Below, one piece after another: positions 49,172 to 59,400 of a stretch of DNA of 64,000 nt. The notes under the pieces are model-generated. The model did not search any database. It was not told the origin of the DNA and saw nothing but the letters and a program-made list of their open reading frames with translations. The position numbers and the translations under genes were made by a program. Positions within the stretch are counted from its first letter, which is position 1; each line of letters begins with the position of its first letter. Where the stretch lies: positions 1 to 64,000 of the forward strand of contig JBBDYJ010000040.1 in assembly GCA_040901675.1 (NCBI GenBank). Reading direction: 5' to 3'. Source of the DNA: Pirellulales bacterium. GTDB lineage: Bacteria; Planctomycetota; Planctomycetia; Pirellulales; JAICIG01.

Positions 49172-50194
49172 ATGCGAGAGCAGTTGCTCGGCTACCTGCT
49201 GGGAGCACTCGAACCGACGGAACGCGAGGTGTTGGAAGATCGCCTGGGTCAGGACGACCAGCTCAGAGGCGAATTGGCATTGATGCGCACGGGCCTGGAG
49301 CCGCTGTCCGAGGCGGGCGGGCAGCACGATCCGTATGCGCCGCCTCCCTATCTGCCGTCGCCGCCGGGGTTGGCTGCCCGCACCTGCAATTTTGTGGCCG
49401 CCCGATCGCTCGTGCCCAGCGGCGGGTTGGCTCCCGCGGGGGGCTGGCGGTTGCAAGACTGGCTGGTGGCGGCCGGAATCGGTCTGGCGGCGGCCATGCT
49501 GCTGTTTCCCGGCATTTCCAACAGCCGCTTCAATGCCCGGCTGGCCGGTTGCCAGAACAACCTGCGGCAGTTGGGATTTGCCCTGTTGAACTACAGCGAG
49601 CTGCACGGCGGATTTTTTCCCGCGGTGCCTGAGCGGGGGCCGCTGGCGGTGGCCGGCGTGTATGCGGCCACGCTGAAGGATGCCGGGTTGCTGGAAACCG
49701 ACTCGCTGGTGATTTGTCCCTCGTCGGAGTTGGCGAGGCCGTCGGAAGCGGCCCTGCAGCAGGGCGATTTCCGGGTACCTTCGGTGGACGACTTGCTGAA
49801 CGCCAGCGAGGAGCAGTGGATTAGCCTCGTCAGTACGGTGGGGGGCAGTTTTGGATATGGCCTGGGCTACATTGACGAAGACGACCGTTATCACGGGCAT
49901 GGCAAGCATAGCCGCGGCAACTTTCCGCTGATGGCCGACGCCCCGCACGAAGAGACCGGCGGTCCGAGCGCCAATCATGGGTCATGCGGGCAGAACATCC
50001 TGTTCGTGGACGGCCACGTCGAGTTTTCGCGTAGCTGCCGGTTAAGTTTCCGCGACGACCACATCTACCAGAACGCGATGGGTTACGTTGGCGCGGGTAT
50101 CGGGCTCGACGACGCGGTGATCGCCCGCAGCCCCGAAAGACCCCGCCCCGAAAGACCCCGCGTGTTCAATAACTCGCTGGACGCGGACCAATAA
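49172..50194 (+). CDS. Putative anti-sigma factor with DUF1559-like domain
   Basis: MREQLLGYLLGALE N-terminus; TM; CQNNLRQLGFAL; NHGSCGQNILFVDGHV (H-X9-DG motif). Confidence 0.7.
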   Translation: MREQLLGYLLGALEPTEREVLEDRLGQDDQLRGELALMRTGLEPLSEAGGQHDPYAPPPYLPSPPGLAARTCNFVAARSLVPSGGLAPAGGWRLQDWLVAAGIGLAAAMLLFPGISNSRFNARLAGCQNNLRQLGFALLNYSELHGGFFPAVPERGPLAVAGVYAATLKDAGLLETDSLVICPSSELARPSEAALQQGDFRVPSVDDLLNASEEQWISLVSTVGGSFGYGLGYIDEDDRYHGHGKHSRGNFPLMADAPHEETGGPSANHGSCGQNILFVDGHVEFSRSCRLSFRDDHIYQNAMGYVGAGIGLDDAVIARSPERPRPERPRVFNNSLDADQ

Positions 50195-50258
50195 CAACGG
50201 GTCCGACGGGTCCGGCTCGCTGCTTTGCGATCCGCGATCCGTGCCAGGCGCGCCGACT

Positions 50259-50426
50259 TCAGGCCGCCTCGCCGAGCCCTTCGAGCATTTCGATTGCCCG
50301 GCGGGCGTTTTCCAATCCGCCAGCTCGCTCGATGAACTCCTCGATCGAAAGCGGCGCATCGGCCGGCGGGCCGCTGCGGGGATCAGCGGTCTGAGGCGTT
50401 TGCGGGTTCTCGTGTTCCGGCGTCAC
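50259..50426 (-). CDS. Small hypothetical protein, 55 aa (not in the ORF track)
   Basis: GAGGGAGG RBS and GTG start; ...LSIEEFIERAGGLENARRAIEMLEGLGEAA*. Confidence 0.6.
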   Translation of the reverse strand: MTPEHENPQTPQTADPRSGPPADAPLSIEEFIERAGGLENARRAIEMLEGLGEAA

Positions 50427-50584
50427 CTGTTTGCCCTCCCTCTCGGCGGGTGTGGATCAGCACAGCGGTTGCACTCCGAAAGAATTATTCGGCCAGCTCC
50501 CGCGTCCGGCTTTGACTTTTGCGCCGCCTGGCAGCAGAACTGCCAGAGTTCTGGTGGAGTGGATTGCGGGCAGGAATCGGCGAC

Positions 50585-50636
50585 CTGAATTCTGGCGAAT
50601 TCAGCTACGGGAAGAAATTCTGGCGAATCCGGCTAC
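50585..50636 (-). repeat. GTAG-type REP doublet
   Basis: Minus strand gtagccggattcgccagaatt and gtagctgaattcgccagaattcag, just after the RND stop. Confidence 0.6.
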
Positions 50637-50640
50637 CGCT

Positions 50641-53600
50641 CTACGACGAAGGGGTTGATACGACCTGCTGGGGTTCGTCGATGGCCGGTTGCCGCGGGGG
50701 GCGCGGCGGCTGGCCGCGGATCGTGCGGGCCACCGCCTCGCGGGCCTCCAGCGTGAGGCTGAACAACGTGGGCACCAGCACCAGCGTGAAAATGGTCGAT
50801 ACGACGAGGCCGCCCAGCACGACGCTGCCCAACCCCCGGTAGAGCTCGCTGCCGGCGCCGGGTGAAACGACCAGCGGCAACAGGCCGAACAGGCCGATCA
50901 TGGCCGTCATGAAAATCGGGCGAATACGGGTCCGCACGCTCTCCAAGACTGCGCGGCGGGGGGCCATTCCCTCTTCGCGGATGTGCACCAGTGCCTGCTC
51001 CACGATCAGGATGGGGTTGTTGACCACCGTCCCCACCAGAATGATGAAGCCCAGCATCGTCATCACGTCGAGCTGCTGCAGCACGAACACGTTCAGCAGC
51101 TTCAGCCCGGCGAAGCCTCCCACGGCTCCCAGCGGTACGCTGAGAATGATCACCAGCGGGTAGATCCACGACTCGAACAGGGCCGCCATCAAGAGGTATG
51201 TAATCACCACGGCCAAGGCCAGGTTCCAACGCAGCACGATCCAAGTCGCCCGCAGCTTGTCCGCGGTGCCGGAGAGCTTGATCTGGTAGCCGCCTTCCAA
51301 CTGGTCGCCTTGCTCCATCGGCACCACGATCTGCTGTTGGATGACGTCCATCGCATCTTCCATCGCCATCGCCAGCGGCGGGGTGACCTCGATGGTGATG
51401 GCCCGCTGGCGCTCGCGGTGGTTGACCTGTTCCGGGCCGCTGGAGTACCGCACGTCGGCCACGGCCGCCAGTGAAACCAGCTCGCCGGTGGGCACGGCGA
51501 GCGAGAGGGCTTGCAAGTCCTGGGTTCGGGCGGCAAACTGTTCGTGCCCCATGATCGTCAGGTCGATCTTGTCGCCGCCGAGGAAGTAATCGCCGGCATA
51601 GGCGCCGTCGACCAGCGCATCGACCGTATAGCCGAGCTCGTCCGCGCTGACGCCCATATCGGCCGCGTGCTGCCACTTGGGCACGATGTGCATCTCTGGG
51701 CTCGACAAGTCGAGACTCGGATTCGGGCGTGCTTGGGGAGGTTCGCGCGTTTTCTTCCCGTTCTGCTGGACGTCCACGGCCACCACTTCGCGGACCTGGC
51801 CCATAATCTGGCCGCCCAAGGCGACCAGCTTCCTGATGTCCGGGCCGCTGACCTCGACGTCGACGGTTCGCCCGGCGGTCAGACCCTGTTCGAACAGGCT
51901 GCGTTGAGCGGCCACCATGAATACGCCCGGCATGTCGGCGGTGACTTCGCGGAGCAGGGGGATCAGGCCGGCCGCCTTGAGTGGGTTTTGCGCTCGGACG
52001 CCGATGAACAACTGTCGGCCCCGCGCCACGTAGAAGAAATCCTCGATGGCCGGGTGGTCGAGATTGGCCTCGCCCGTCACGGCGATGTCGACGTCCCAGT
52101 AGGGGCGCAGCCGGGCCTCCATTTGCGTGCCCATTTTCCGCATGTGGTCGAGGTTGTAGCCGGGCGGCGGCAGCATCAGCCCGATCACCAGGTTGCGGTT
52201 GCCCGTAGGCAAGTATTCGACCTTGGGCAACATCACCCAGATCAGCCCCAGGGACACGCCCACGAACAGGAAGACGACGGCGACCTGCCGCAATACGCCA
52301 AGCTGCAAATAGCCGTTGATGCCGACGACCGTACGGACGAAAGCCCGGCCGAAGGCATCGATGGGCCACAGCACGGTCCGGGTGATGGCGGCCAGCCCCG
52401 TCTGGGCCCGCTCGGCGAGCGACCGGAGCCGGCCGGGCCCAGCGCCGGCTCGCTGTGCCCGCGACTTGGCAAATGCCTGCTGGGGATCGCCATGCCCGTT
52501 GGCATCGATCGCCGCGCTGCGCGCCGGCAGCAGGCGAAACGCGGCGGTGGGCACCACGGTCAAGGAGACCAGCAGCGAGACGACCAGGGCGCTGGAGGCA
52601 GCCAGGGCAATGTCGCGGAACAGTTGGCCGGCCTGGTCCTGGACAAAGATCACGGGCAAGAACACGGCCAGGTTCGCCAGGGTGGAGGCCAGCACGGCTC
52701 CCCAGACTTCCTTGGTGCCTTTGACCGTGGCCGTCATGGCGTCTTCACCGGTCTGGTAATGACGGTAAATGTTTTCCAGCACGACGATGAAGTTATCGAC
52801 CAGCATGCCGACCGCGAAGGCGATCCCAGCCAGGCTCAGCACGTTGAGCGAGCGGCCCATCAGCCGCATGAACAGGAACATGCCGATGATGCTGACCGAG
52901 ATCGACAGGAAGATCACCACGCTGGACCGCACGCTGCGCAAGAACAACATCAAGCAGATGAAGGTCAGAACGGCCGCTTCGACGATGTTGTCGTTGACGA
53001 GGTTGATCGACGAGTAGATGTATTCGGTCTCGTCGTACACCTGGCGCAGCTCGAGGCCCTGCTGCTTGAGGGCGCCCTCGTTCAGTTCGGCCACCGCGTG
53101 GCGGAGGCCCTTCATCACGTCGAGCACGTTGGCGCCCGTGTCGCGGGAAGCGTTGACGGCGATCACCTCGCTGCCGAACCGCTGGACCAGGCCGTCGGGT
53201 TTCTTGTAGCCTAGCCGGACTTCGGCGACGTCGCCCACGTAGACGGGCGAGCCGTCGCGGCGGGCCAGGATGGCGCTGGCCACGTCGTCGGGCGAGCGGA
53301 ACTTGCCCAGGGTGCGAACGACGTAGCGGCGCTTGCCCTCCCAGAAATCGCCTCCCGACGTATCCTTGTTCTGGCCGCTCAACGCCCGCCGCACGTCGGC
53401 GATCGTCAGGCGGCGGGCAGCCAGGCGTTGCGGATCGACGACGACTTGCATTTCCTCTTCGCGGCCGCCGATGACGTTGGAATTCGAGACCCCCTCCACG
53501 CGCTCGAAGCGGGCTTCGATGAAGTCCTCGGCAAAGCGGCGCATCTTGGTTACGTCGTTGTCGGGGGGCAGGAGCGGCTGGAAGGCCGGCTCCCGCGCGG

Positions 53601-54156
53601 CCAGCTCCTTGAGACGGAACAAGGCCAGCCCGGCGTTGTGCGCCTGCCGCACAGGGTCGAGCGCCGCCGACCATTGCGGGTTTTTCTCCGCAAAAGCGTC
53701 CAGTTCGTCTTTGGACGGGGTGCGCTGGTTGATAATGAACCAGGCAATAAACTGGTTGGCCGAGTTCGAGGTGGTGATCACCGGCTCGTCGGCGTTCTCC
53801 GGGTACTCCCGCACCTGCTGCAACCGCGTATTCACCAGCAGCAATGCCTGGCTGATGTCGGCGCCGACCGCGAACTCCAGGGTGATGCGGCCCACCGAGT
53901 CCATGCTCTCGGACGTCATCTTGGTAACGCCCTCAACGCTCTGGAGCTGTTCCTCCTGTTCCTGGATGATCTCGCTTTCGACTTCCTGCGGACTCGCCCC
54001 CGGCCAGCTTGTTTCGATGGTCAAGGTGGGGATTTCCACCTCGGGCGTGAGCTGCATCGGCATGCTGTACAGTGCCAGCGTGCCGAATAAGGCCAGCAGG
54101 ATCACGCCCACGCAGACCTTGACGGGATTGCGAACGAAAGCTTCGATGGAGTTCAT
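50641..54156 (-). CDS. RND efflux permease (AcrB/AcrD/AcrF family)
   Basis: WPGASPQEVE, GMLVDNFIVVLENI, LSVPLGAVG and RIRPIFMT. Confidence 0.93.
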   Translation of the reverse strand: MNSIEAFVRNPVKVCVGVILLALFGTLALYSMPMQLTPEVEIPTLTIETSWPGASPQEVESEIIQEQEEQLQSVEGVTKMTSESMDSVGRITLEFAVGADISQALLLVNTRLQQVREYPENADEPVITTSNSANQFIAWFIINQRTPSKDELDAFAEKNPQWSAALDPVRQAHNAGLALFRLKELAAREPAFQPLLPPDNDVTKMRRFAEDFIEARFERVEGVSNSNVIGGREEEMQVVVDPQRLAARRLTIADVRRALSGQNKDTSGGDFWEGKRRYVVRTLGKFRSPDDVASAILARRDGSPVYVGDVAEVRLGYKKPDGLVQRFGSEVIAVNASRDTGANVLDVMKGLRHAVAELNEGALKQQGLELRQVYDETEYIYSSINLVNDNIVEAAVLTFICLMLFLRSVRSSVVIFLSISVSIIGMFLFMRLMGRSLNVLSLAGIAFAVGMLVDNFIVVLENIYRHYQTGEDAMTATVKGTKEVWGAVLASTLANLAVFLPVIFVQDQAGQLFRDIALAASSALVVSLLVSLTVVPTAAFRLLPARSAAIDANGHGDPQQAFAKSRAQRAGAGPGRLRSLAERAQTGLAAITRTVLWPIDAFGRAFVRTVVGINGYLQLGVLRQVAVVFLFVGVSLGLIWVMLPKVEYLPTGNRNLVIGLMLPPPGYNLDHMRKMGTQMEARLRPYWDVDIAVTGEANLDHPAIEDFFYVARGRQLFIGVRAQNPLKAAGLIPLLREVTADMPGVFMVAAQRSLFEQGLTAGRTVDVEVSGPDIRKLVALGGQIMGQVREVVAVDVQQNGKKTREPPQARPNPSLDLSSPEMHIVPKWQHAADMGVSADELGYTVDALVDGAYAGDYFLGGDKIDLTIMGHEQFAARTQDLQALSLAVPTGELVSLAAVADVRYSSGPEQVNHRERQRAITIEVTPPLAMAMEDAMDVIQQQIVVPMEQGDQLEGGYQIKLSGTADKLRATWIVLRWNLALAVVITYLLMAALFESWIYPLVIILSVPLGAVGGFAGLKLLNVFVLQQLDVMTMLGFIILVGTVVNNPILIVEQALVHIREEGMAPRRAVLESVRTRIRPIFMTAMIGLFGLLPLVVSPGAGSELYRGLGSVVLGGLVVSTIFTLVLVPTLFSLTLEAREAVARTIRGQPPRPPRQPAIDEPQQVVSTPSS

Positions 54157-55571
54157 TTGTTTCCTCTCGTCGAGGGCTGCGAGCCGTTGGCGGCTTTGCC
54201 GGCGCCGGAAGCCTTCCTGGCGGCGGTCCTGGAACCACCGCTGTCCGCCGGCGCCGCCTTGGCTCCGCCGCGCGCCGGCTGCTTCTCGGCCAGCAACACC
54301 ACCTCTTGACCGGGAAACAACCGCTCATTGCCTTCAATCACCACCTGCTGGCCGTGCTGCAAATCGCCGCTCACCTCGACGAGCCCCTCGTAGGCCACAC
54401 CCAGCCGCACCCTCACCGGCTGCACCCTGATCTTGCCCGCTTGCGTCTTGTCCGTCTCCACCCGGTAAACCACCGGCTCGGGGCCTCCCATCACCAAGGC
54501 GTCTTTGGGCACCATCAGCACCGACTGCTTCTTCATGACCGGCAGCGTCACCCGGGCGAACATGCCCGGCTTCAACAGTGGACCCTCGTCCGCCAGGATC
54601 TCGTTGGCCAGTTGCACTTTGACCGGAAAGGCGCGCGAGCGGGCCTCCGCCTGCGGCACGATGTGGCTCACCGTGCCGGAAAACAAGTGCGTCGGAAGGG
54701 CATCCACCTCGACGCGCGCCGGTGTACCGATCCTCAGGTGCGGTATGTACGTTTCCGCCACCATCACCTCCACGTCGACCCGGTCGACCTCGATCACCTC
54801 GGCCACCAGTTCACCCGCGTCGATCCATTGGCCCACCTCCGTGTGCTCCCGGACCACGTAGCCGTCGAAGGGAGAGAAAATCGTGTGCTTTTCCAATTGG
54901 TCTTCCAGCCGCGCCACTTCCTCCTTGGCCGACGCCAACCGAGCGCTCGCCTGCGCAATCCTTTCCTTGCGAGGACCGGCCACCGCCAGCTCGTAAGCGG
55001 CCTTGGCCTCGAAGTACACCTGCAGGCTGCTTTCCGCCGCCGCGGCGTCGTCCTGCAACTGGTCCTCGCTGGCGGCCCGGCGTTCGATCAGGTTCCGCGT
55101 CCGCTCCAGTTTCGACTTGGCATATTCCATCAGGCTCTTCGCGCCCAGCATGTGGGCTTCGGCCTGTTGGATCTCCTCGGGTCGCGAACCGCTTTCCAGT
55201 TCGGCCAACTCCTGGGTGCGCAGCTCGACGTCGGCCAGGGCCGCGTCGCGCGCGATCTCGATGGCCCGCGTCAGCAGCCGCGCCAGCGGCTGCCTCGCTT
55301 CCACGCGGTCCCCTTCCTTGACCAGAAACTCCACCACGCGGCCGCCGACGGCGCTGCCCACGATGCTGTGACGCGCGGGGCGGATCTCGCCCACGAAGGT
55401 CTGGGCCGCGGCCACTTCGGCCTGCTCGATGACCGGGGCGACGGCCACGACTGCCGGGGGGAGCTGGGCACGTGCCGGCTGGTTCAGCCAGGCGCCGGCC
55501 AGCAAGACGAGCGCTGCAGGCCAGACCGTTCGGGCTGTGCGCCAGCGGGCTGGAGCGTTCGGAGAAAGCAT
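54153..55571 (-). CDS. RND periplasmic adaptor (MFP)
   Basis: VKEGDRV, SPFDGYV, LKPGMFARV and VPKDAL. Confidence 0.9.
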   Translation of the reverse strand: MLSPNAPARWRTARTVWPAALVLLAGAWLNQPARAQLPPAVVAVAPVIEQAEVAAAQTFVGEIRPARHSIVGSAVGGRVVEFLVKEGDRVEARQPLARLLTRAIEIARDAALADVELRTQELAELESGSRPEEIQQAEAHMLGAKSLMEYAKSKLERTRNLIERRAASEDQLQDDAAAAESSLQVYFEAKAAYELAVAGPRKERIAQASARLASAKEEVARLEDQLEKHTIFSPFDGYVVREHTEVGQWIDAGELVAEVIEVDRVDVEVMVAETYIPHLRIGTPARVEVDALPTHLFSGTVSHIVPQAEARSRAFPVKVQLANEILADEGPLLKPGMFARVTLPVMKKQSVLMVPKDALVMGGPEPVVYRVETDKTQAGKIRVQPVRVRLGVAYEGLVEVSGDLQHGQQVVIEGNERLFPGQEVVLLAEKQPARGGAKAAPADSGGSRTAARKASGAGKAANGSQPSTRGNK

Positions 55572-56026
55572 CAGTTGGCCTCCGTCGTGAGAACTTCAGC
55601 GGACAGGTTTTCCCGCATGGCGGCCAGCAATTGCTTGACGGTTGCCATTTGCTCGGGCGTGAAGCCTTGTGTCGCGCGGGCCCGCACGCGGCGGGCGCAG
55701 GCCACACTTTCCTCCCAGGCCGGCTTGGCCCGCGGCGTGGGCCGGACGAGCCGTTTCCGCTTGTCGCCCGGGCACTCCTCCCGCGTGATCCATCCATCGC
55801 GCTCCATGCGCCCCAGGACACTGACCAGCGTGGCCGGTTCGATATCCATGCGCTCGGCAAGCTGGGCCTGCGTCAGGCAGCCCTCCAGCGCCAGCCAGGC
55901 CAGCACCTGCCACTGGCGGTAGGTGATGCCATGAGGCGCCAGCTCCTCGTTGAGCGCTCGCTGAAACAGGTGCGCCGTATACACGACCCAATAGCCGACG
56001 CTCTCTTCGAAGTCGTACTGCAGCAA
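55571..56026 (-). CDS. MarR family regulator
   Basis: GGAGG RBS and TTG start; GITYRQWQVL, TQAQLAERM and DKRKRLV. Confidence 0.9.
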   Translation of the reverse strand: MLQYDFEESVGYWVVYTAHLFQRALNEELAPHGITYRQWQVLAWLALEGCLTQAQLAERMDIEPATLVSVLGRMERDGWITREECPGDKRKRLVRPTPRAKPAWEESVACARRVRARATQGFTPEQMATVKQLLAAMRENLSAEVLTTEAN

Positions 56027-56041
56027 AGGCGTGCCTCCAGA

Positions 56042-56059
56042 TAGTTAGATATCTAACTA
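56042..56059. promoter_or_regulatory. Probable MarR operator
   Basis: Perfect 18-bp palindrome tagttagatatctaacta just upstream of the marR RBS. Confidence 0.75.
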
Positions 56060-56236
56060 ACTGAGAATATAGGGGCAAAGGCGGCCCTCGGCAAGCTGGG
56101 AGCGGGCCGAAAATCGCCTTATGGTCCAAGCCCGATTGAATGGGTCGAAGCGACCGGCAACACCCATTCTGACACTGCCCCTCCGCCGCGATTGTGGCAT
56201 AGGTGCCATGCCGGGGCGCGGGCTATAATCGGCCCT

Positions 56237-56385
56237 CCCATTTGGGCAGCTTTTTCTCTGGCGATACAACACCTTACGACGGGCTTCCTCACGCAAAGCG
56301 TGAGGGCTACTTGACGACGGGCTTCCTCACGGTCCAGCGTGAGGGCTACCCATTTGGGCAGCTTTCTCTCTGCCGCTACAACACT
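56237..56385. repeat. GTAG-type REP doublet bracketed by a ~37-bp direct repeat
   Basis: REPs at 56276-56310 and 56314-56349; flanks cccatttgggcagcttt...tacaacac at 56237 and 56349. Confidence 0.75.
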
Positions 56386-56403
56386 TAAGACGCTGGGCCA
56401 TCG

Positions 56404-59400
56404 ATGGTCGGACAAGGACGTCCGGATCGATCGCGGAGTGTGATTGCTTGCGCCGTGGGCCGTGCCGCGCGCGGGCGCCTGGGCCTGGCCGTTCTGTTCG
56501 CCTGGACCGTCTGTTGCCGCAGCGCGACGGCGGTCGAGCCGGACCTTTTTGCCGGCCCGCCGGTGGCTTCGGCCTGGGTCGGGGACGACAACCGCTCGGC
56601 GGATGGTGTGCGGCTTCGCATCGAGTGGGGCGGCGGCCTGGAGCGGCAGTGGCGGGGCAGCATCAGCATCAGCCACGGTTCGCTGGCAGACCCGCGGCTC
56701 TTGGGGGTTGAGGCCGACGAGCCGGGCTCGATGTGGCTGGAAGAGGGTGGCCGCCGACTGCAGATCAACCAGCGCAGTCGCCGGGTGTACGACGGCTTGG
56801 ATCTCACGGTCGCGGCGGACCTGAATGCCAGGCTGCTGATCGAGCTCACCGGCCAGGTCGACGACCCAGCGTCGAACGCCGAGCGGCCGGCTCGAGTCGA
56901 GATTCGGTTGGCCGACGTGCTCGATGGTTTTCATAACCGGGGGCTGGACGACAAGAACAACCGGCTGATGATCCGCCGCGCGCCCGGCGACAAGCTGCGC
57001 GTCGTGCTGCCAGGCGATTCGGTGGTGTACGAGACGGGCCAGGTGCTCGATTTCCTGGTGCAACCGCATCGGCTTACCTTGTCGCAAGGGAGGCGGCTGC
57101 GGTTGGAGTGCCGGCTGCAGCCTGCCCGCGGCAAGCGGCTGCTCTGGTCGCAGGAAGAAGACATCTCGCTCGACGCCGATGGTTCGGCGGACGCCGTCGG
57201 AGTGCGGCTGGCGTTGCCGGAAGCCGAGGGAGTGTACGACCTGTTGATTGCGGCCTGCCGAGGTGGATTGCCCAATCGCCTGGGACTCAGACAAGTCGTC
57301 GAGCAACGCAAGGTGCAGGTGGTGGTTTTGTCCGGCCAGAAGCCGCGCGCCCGTGAGACGGTGCCGCCGATGCAGACCTTGGTGGAGCTCGATCCGGCCA
57401 AGCCCGCCTGGTGGGAGCGCTTTGCCCACGTGCCGTTGATCCCCGGCTTGAACAAGGGGCCCCTGGGCAACGGCGATGCGGCCGCCTGGCAGCACCCGCT
57501 GGGAGAGATGGTCCAGCTTGGGCCCGGCGGAAGGGAGCCCGACATCAGTTGGGAGGCCTACCCGCTGCCGATCCACCGGCCGGGTCAGCCGCACGTCATC
57601 GAGGTCGAGTATCCCTCGGACGTGCCGCAGACGCTAGGCTTGAGCGTGGTCGAGCCGAACGCGGCCGGGGCCGTGTTGCCCATCGGCCTCGACTCGGGCA
57701 TCTACGTCCCGGCCGAGGCAGCCGGCACGCTGCCCCGCCTGGCCAAACACCGGCTGATCTTCTGGCCCCGGACCAAATCCCCGTTGCTGTTGATGACGAA
57801 CCGGCGCGAGGGCTCGCGGGCGGTGTACGGCAAAATCCGCGTCTTGGGTCCGCGCGCCACCGGCATGGGGTCGCTGGTGCGCGAAAGCGGCCGCAGCCAA
57901 TTGCCGCCCGCCTTCGACGGGCCGCCCGGCCAGGAGCAGCGGTTGCTGGCCGCCTATTACGACCGGCCTTTGTTTGCCGAGAACTTCTCGGCAACCGAGG
58001 ACGTCGACGACTTCAGCGGCCGCAGCCTGGACGACTGGCAGACGTTTTACGAGGGGGCCACGCGGCTGGTCGAGTACCTGAAGCATGCGGGACACAATGG
58101 CGTGATGCTCTCGGTGCTGGCCGACGGCAGCGCGATCTACCCCAGCCAACTGCTGGATGCGACGCCTCGCTACGACACGGGAGTCTTCTTTGCCAACGGC
58201 CAGGATCCGTTCCGCAAGGACGTGCTCGAGCTGCTGCTGCGGCTGTTCGACCGCGAGGGGCTGCGGCTGATCCCGGCCTTGGAGTTTGCGGCTCCGCTGC
58301 CGGCCCTGGAAGCGGCCCGGCGGCGCGGCGAGCCGGGCGTTGAACTGGTGGGAAGCGATGGCCGCACCTGGCTGGAAACGCGGGCCCCGCGGCGTGGGCT
58401 GGCGCCGTACTACAATCCGCTCAACGCCGAGGTCCAGCAGGCGATGCTGGCGGTGGTGGACGAGCTGGTCGAGCGCTACGGGCATCATCCGTCGCTGAGC
58501 GGGGTGGCCTTGCAGTTGTCGGCCGACGGCTATGCGCAGTTGCCGGGGGCGGCATGGGCGTACGACGACGACACGGTATCCCGCTTCAGCCGGGAGACGA
58601 AGGTCGCCCTGCCAATGGGCGAGGCGCACTTCACCAGCCGGGTCGAGTTGCTGTCGGGCACTCACCAGGAGGCCTGGCTTGCCTGGCGCTGCCGCGGGCT
58701 CGGCGCGTTCCACCAGCAACTGCAAACGGCATTGGCCAGGTCGCGGCCCGGCACGCGCTTGTATCTGGCCGGCGCCAACATGCTCGACTCTCCCGACTTC
58801 GCCCGGCAACTGCGTCCGGCCTTGCCCAGGAGCACCAGCAACGAGGCGGTCTTGCGCACGGCGGGCATCGATCCGAGCCTGTATCGGAGCCGGGATCAGA
58901 TCATGTTGCTGCGCCCGGAACGGATCGCTCCGCTCGATTCGCTGGCCGAGCAGGCAGTCAACCTGGAGTTGAATCACGATGCCCGCTTGGACCGGCTGTT
59001 CGGCAGCCAAGACGCGGAACTGGACCGGCAATTTGGGCCGGCAGTGAGCGCCGGGAGCCTGTTCTTTCACGAACCGCAATCAGCCCGGCTGAAGTCGTTC
59101 GACGCCAAGAGTCCCTTCAAGCGGACGCACGCCTGGCTGGTCGCCCAGCCCGTGTCGGCCGGCCCCCACAACCGCAAGCGATTCGTCCACGCCCTGGCGA
59201 CCCTCGACGCGCGCGCCATCTTCGACGGCGGCTGGCTGCTGCCAATCGGCCACGAGGACGAGCTGCGCGACCTCTTCGCCGTGTATCGCGAACTGCCCGA
59301 CGAGCCCTTTGAAACGCTGGCCGGAGAAACGCAGCCCGTCACCCTCCGCACGCTCTCCCGTCCGGACCGCACCTACGTCTACCTGGTGAACGACTCGCCC

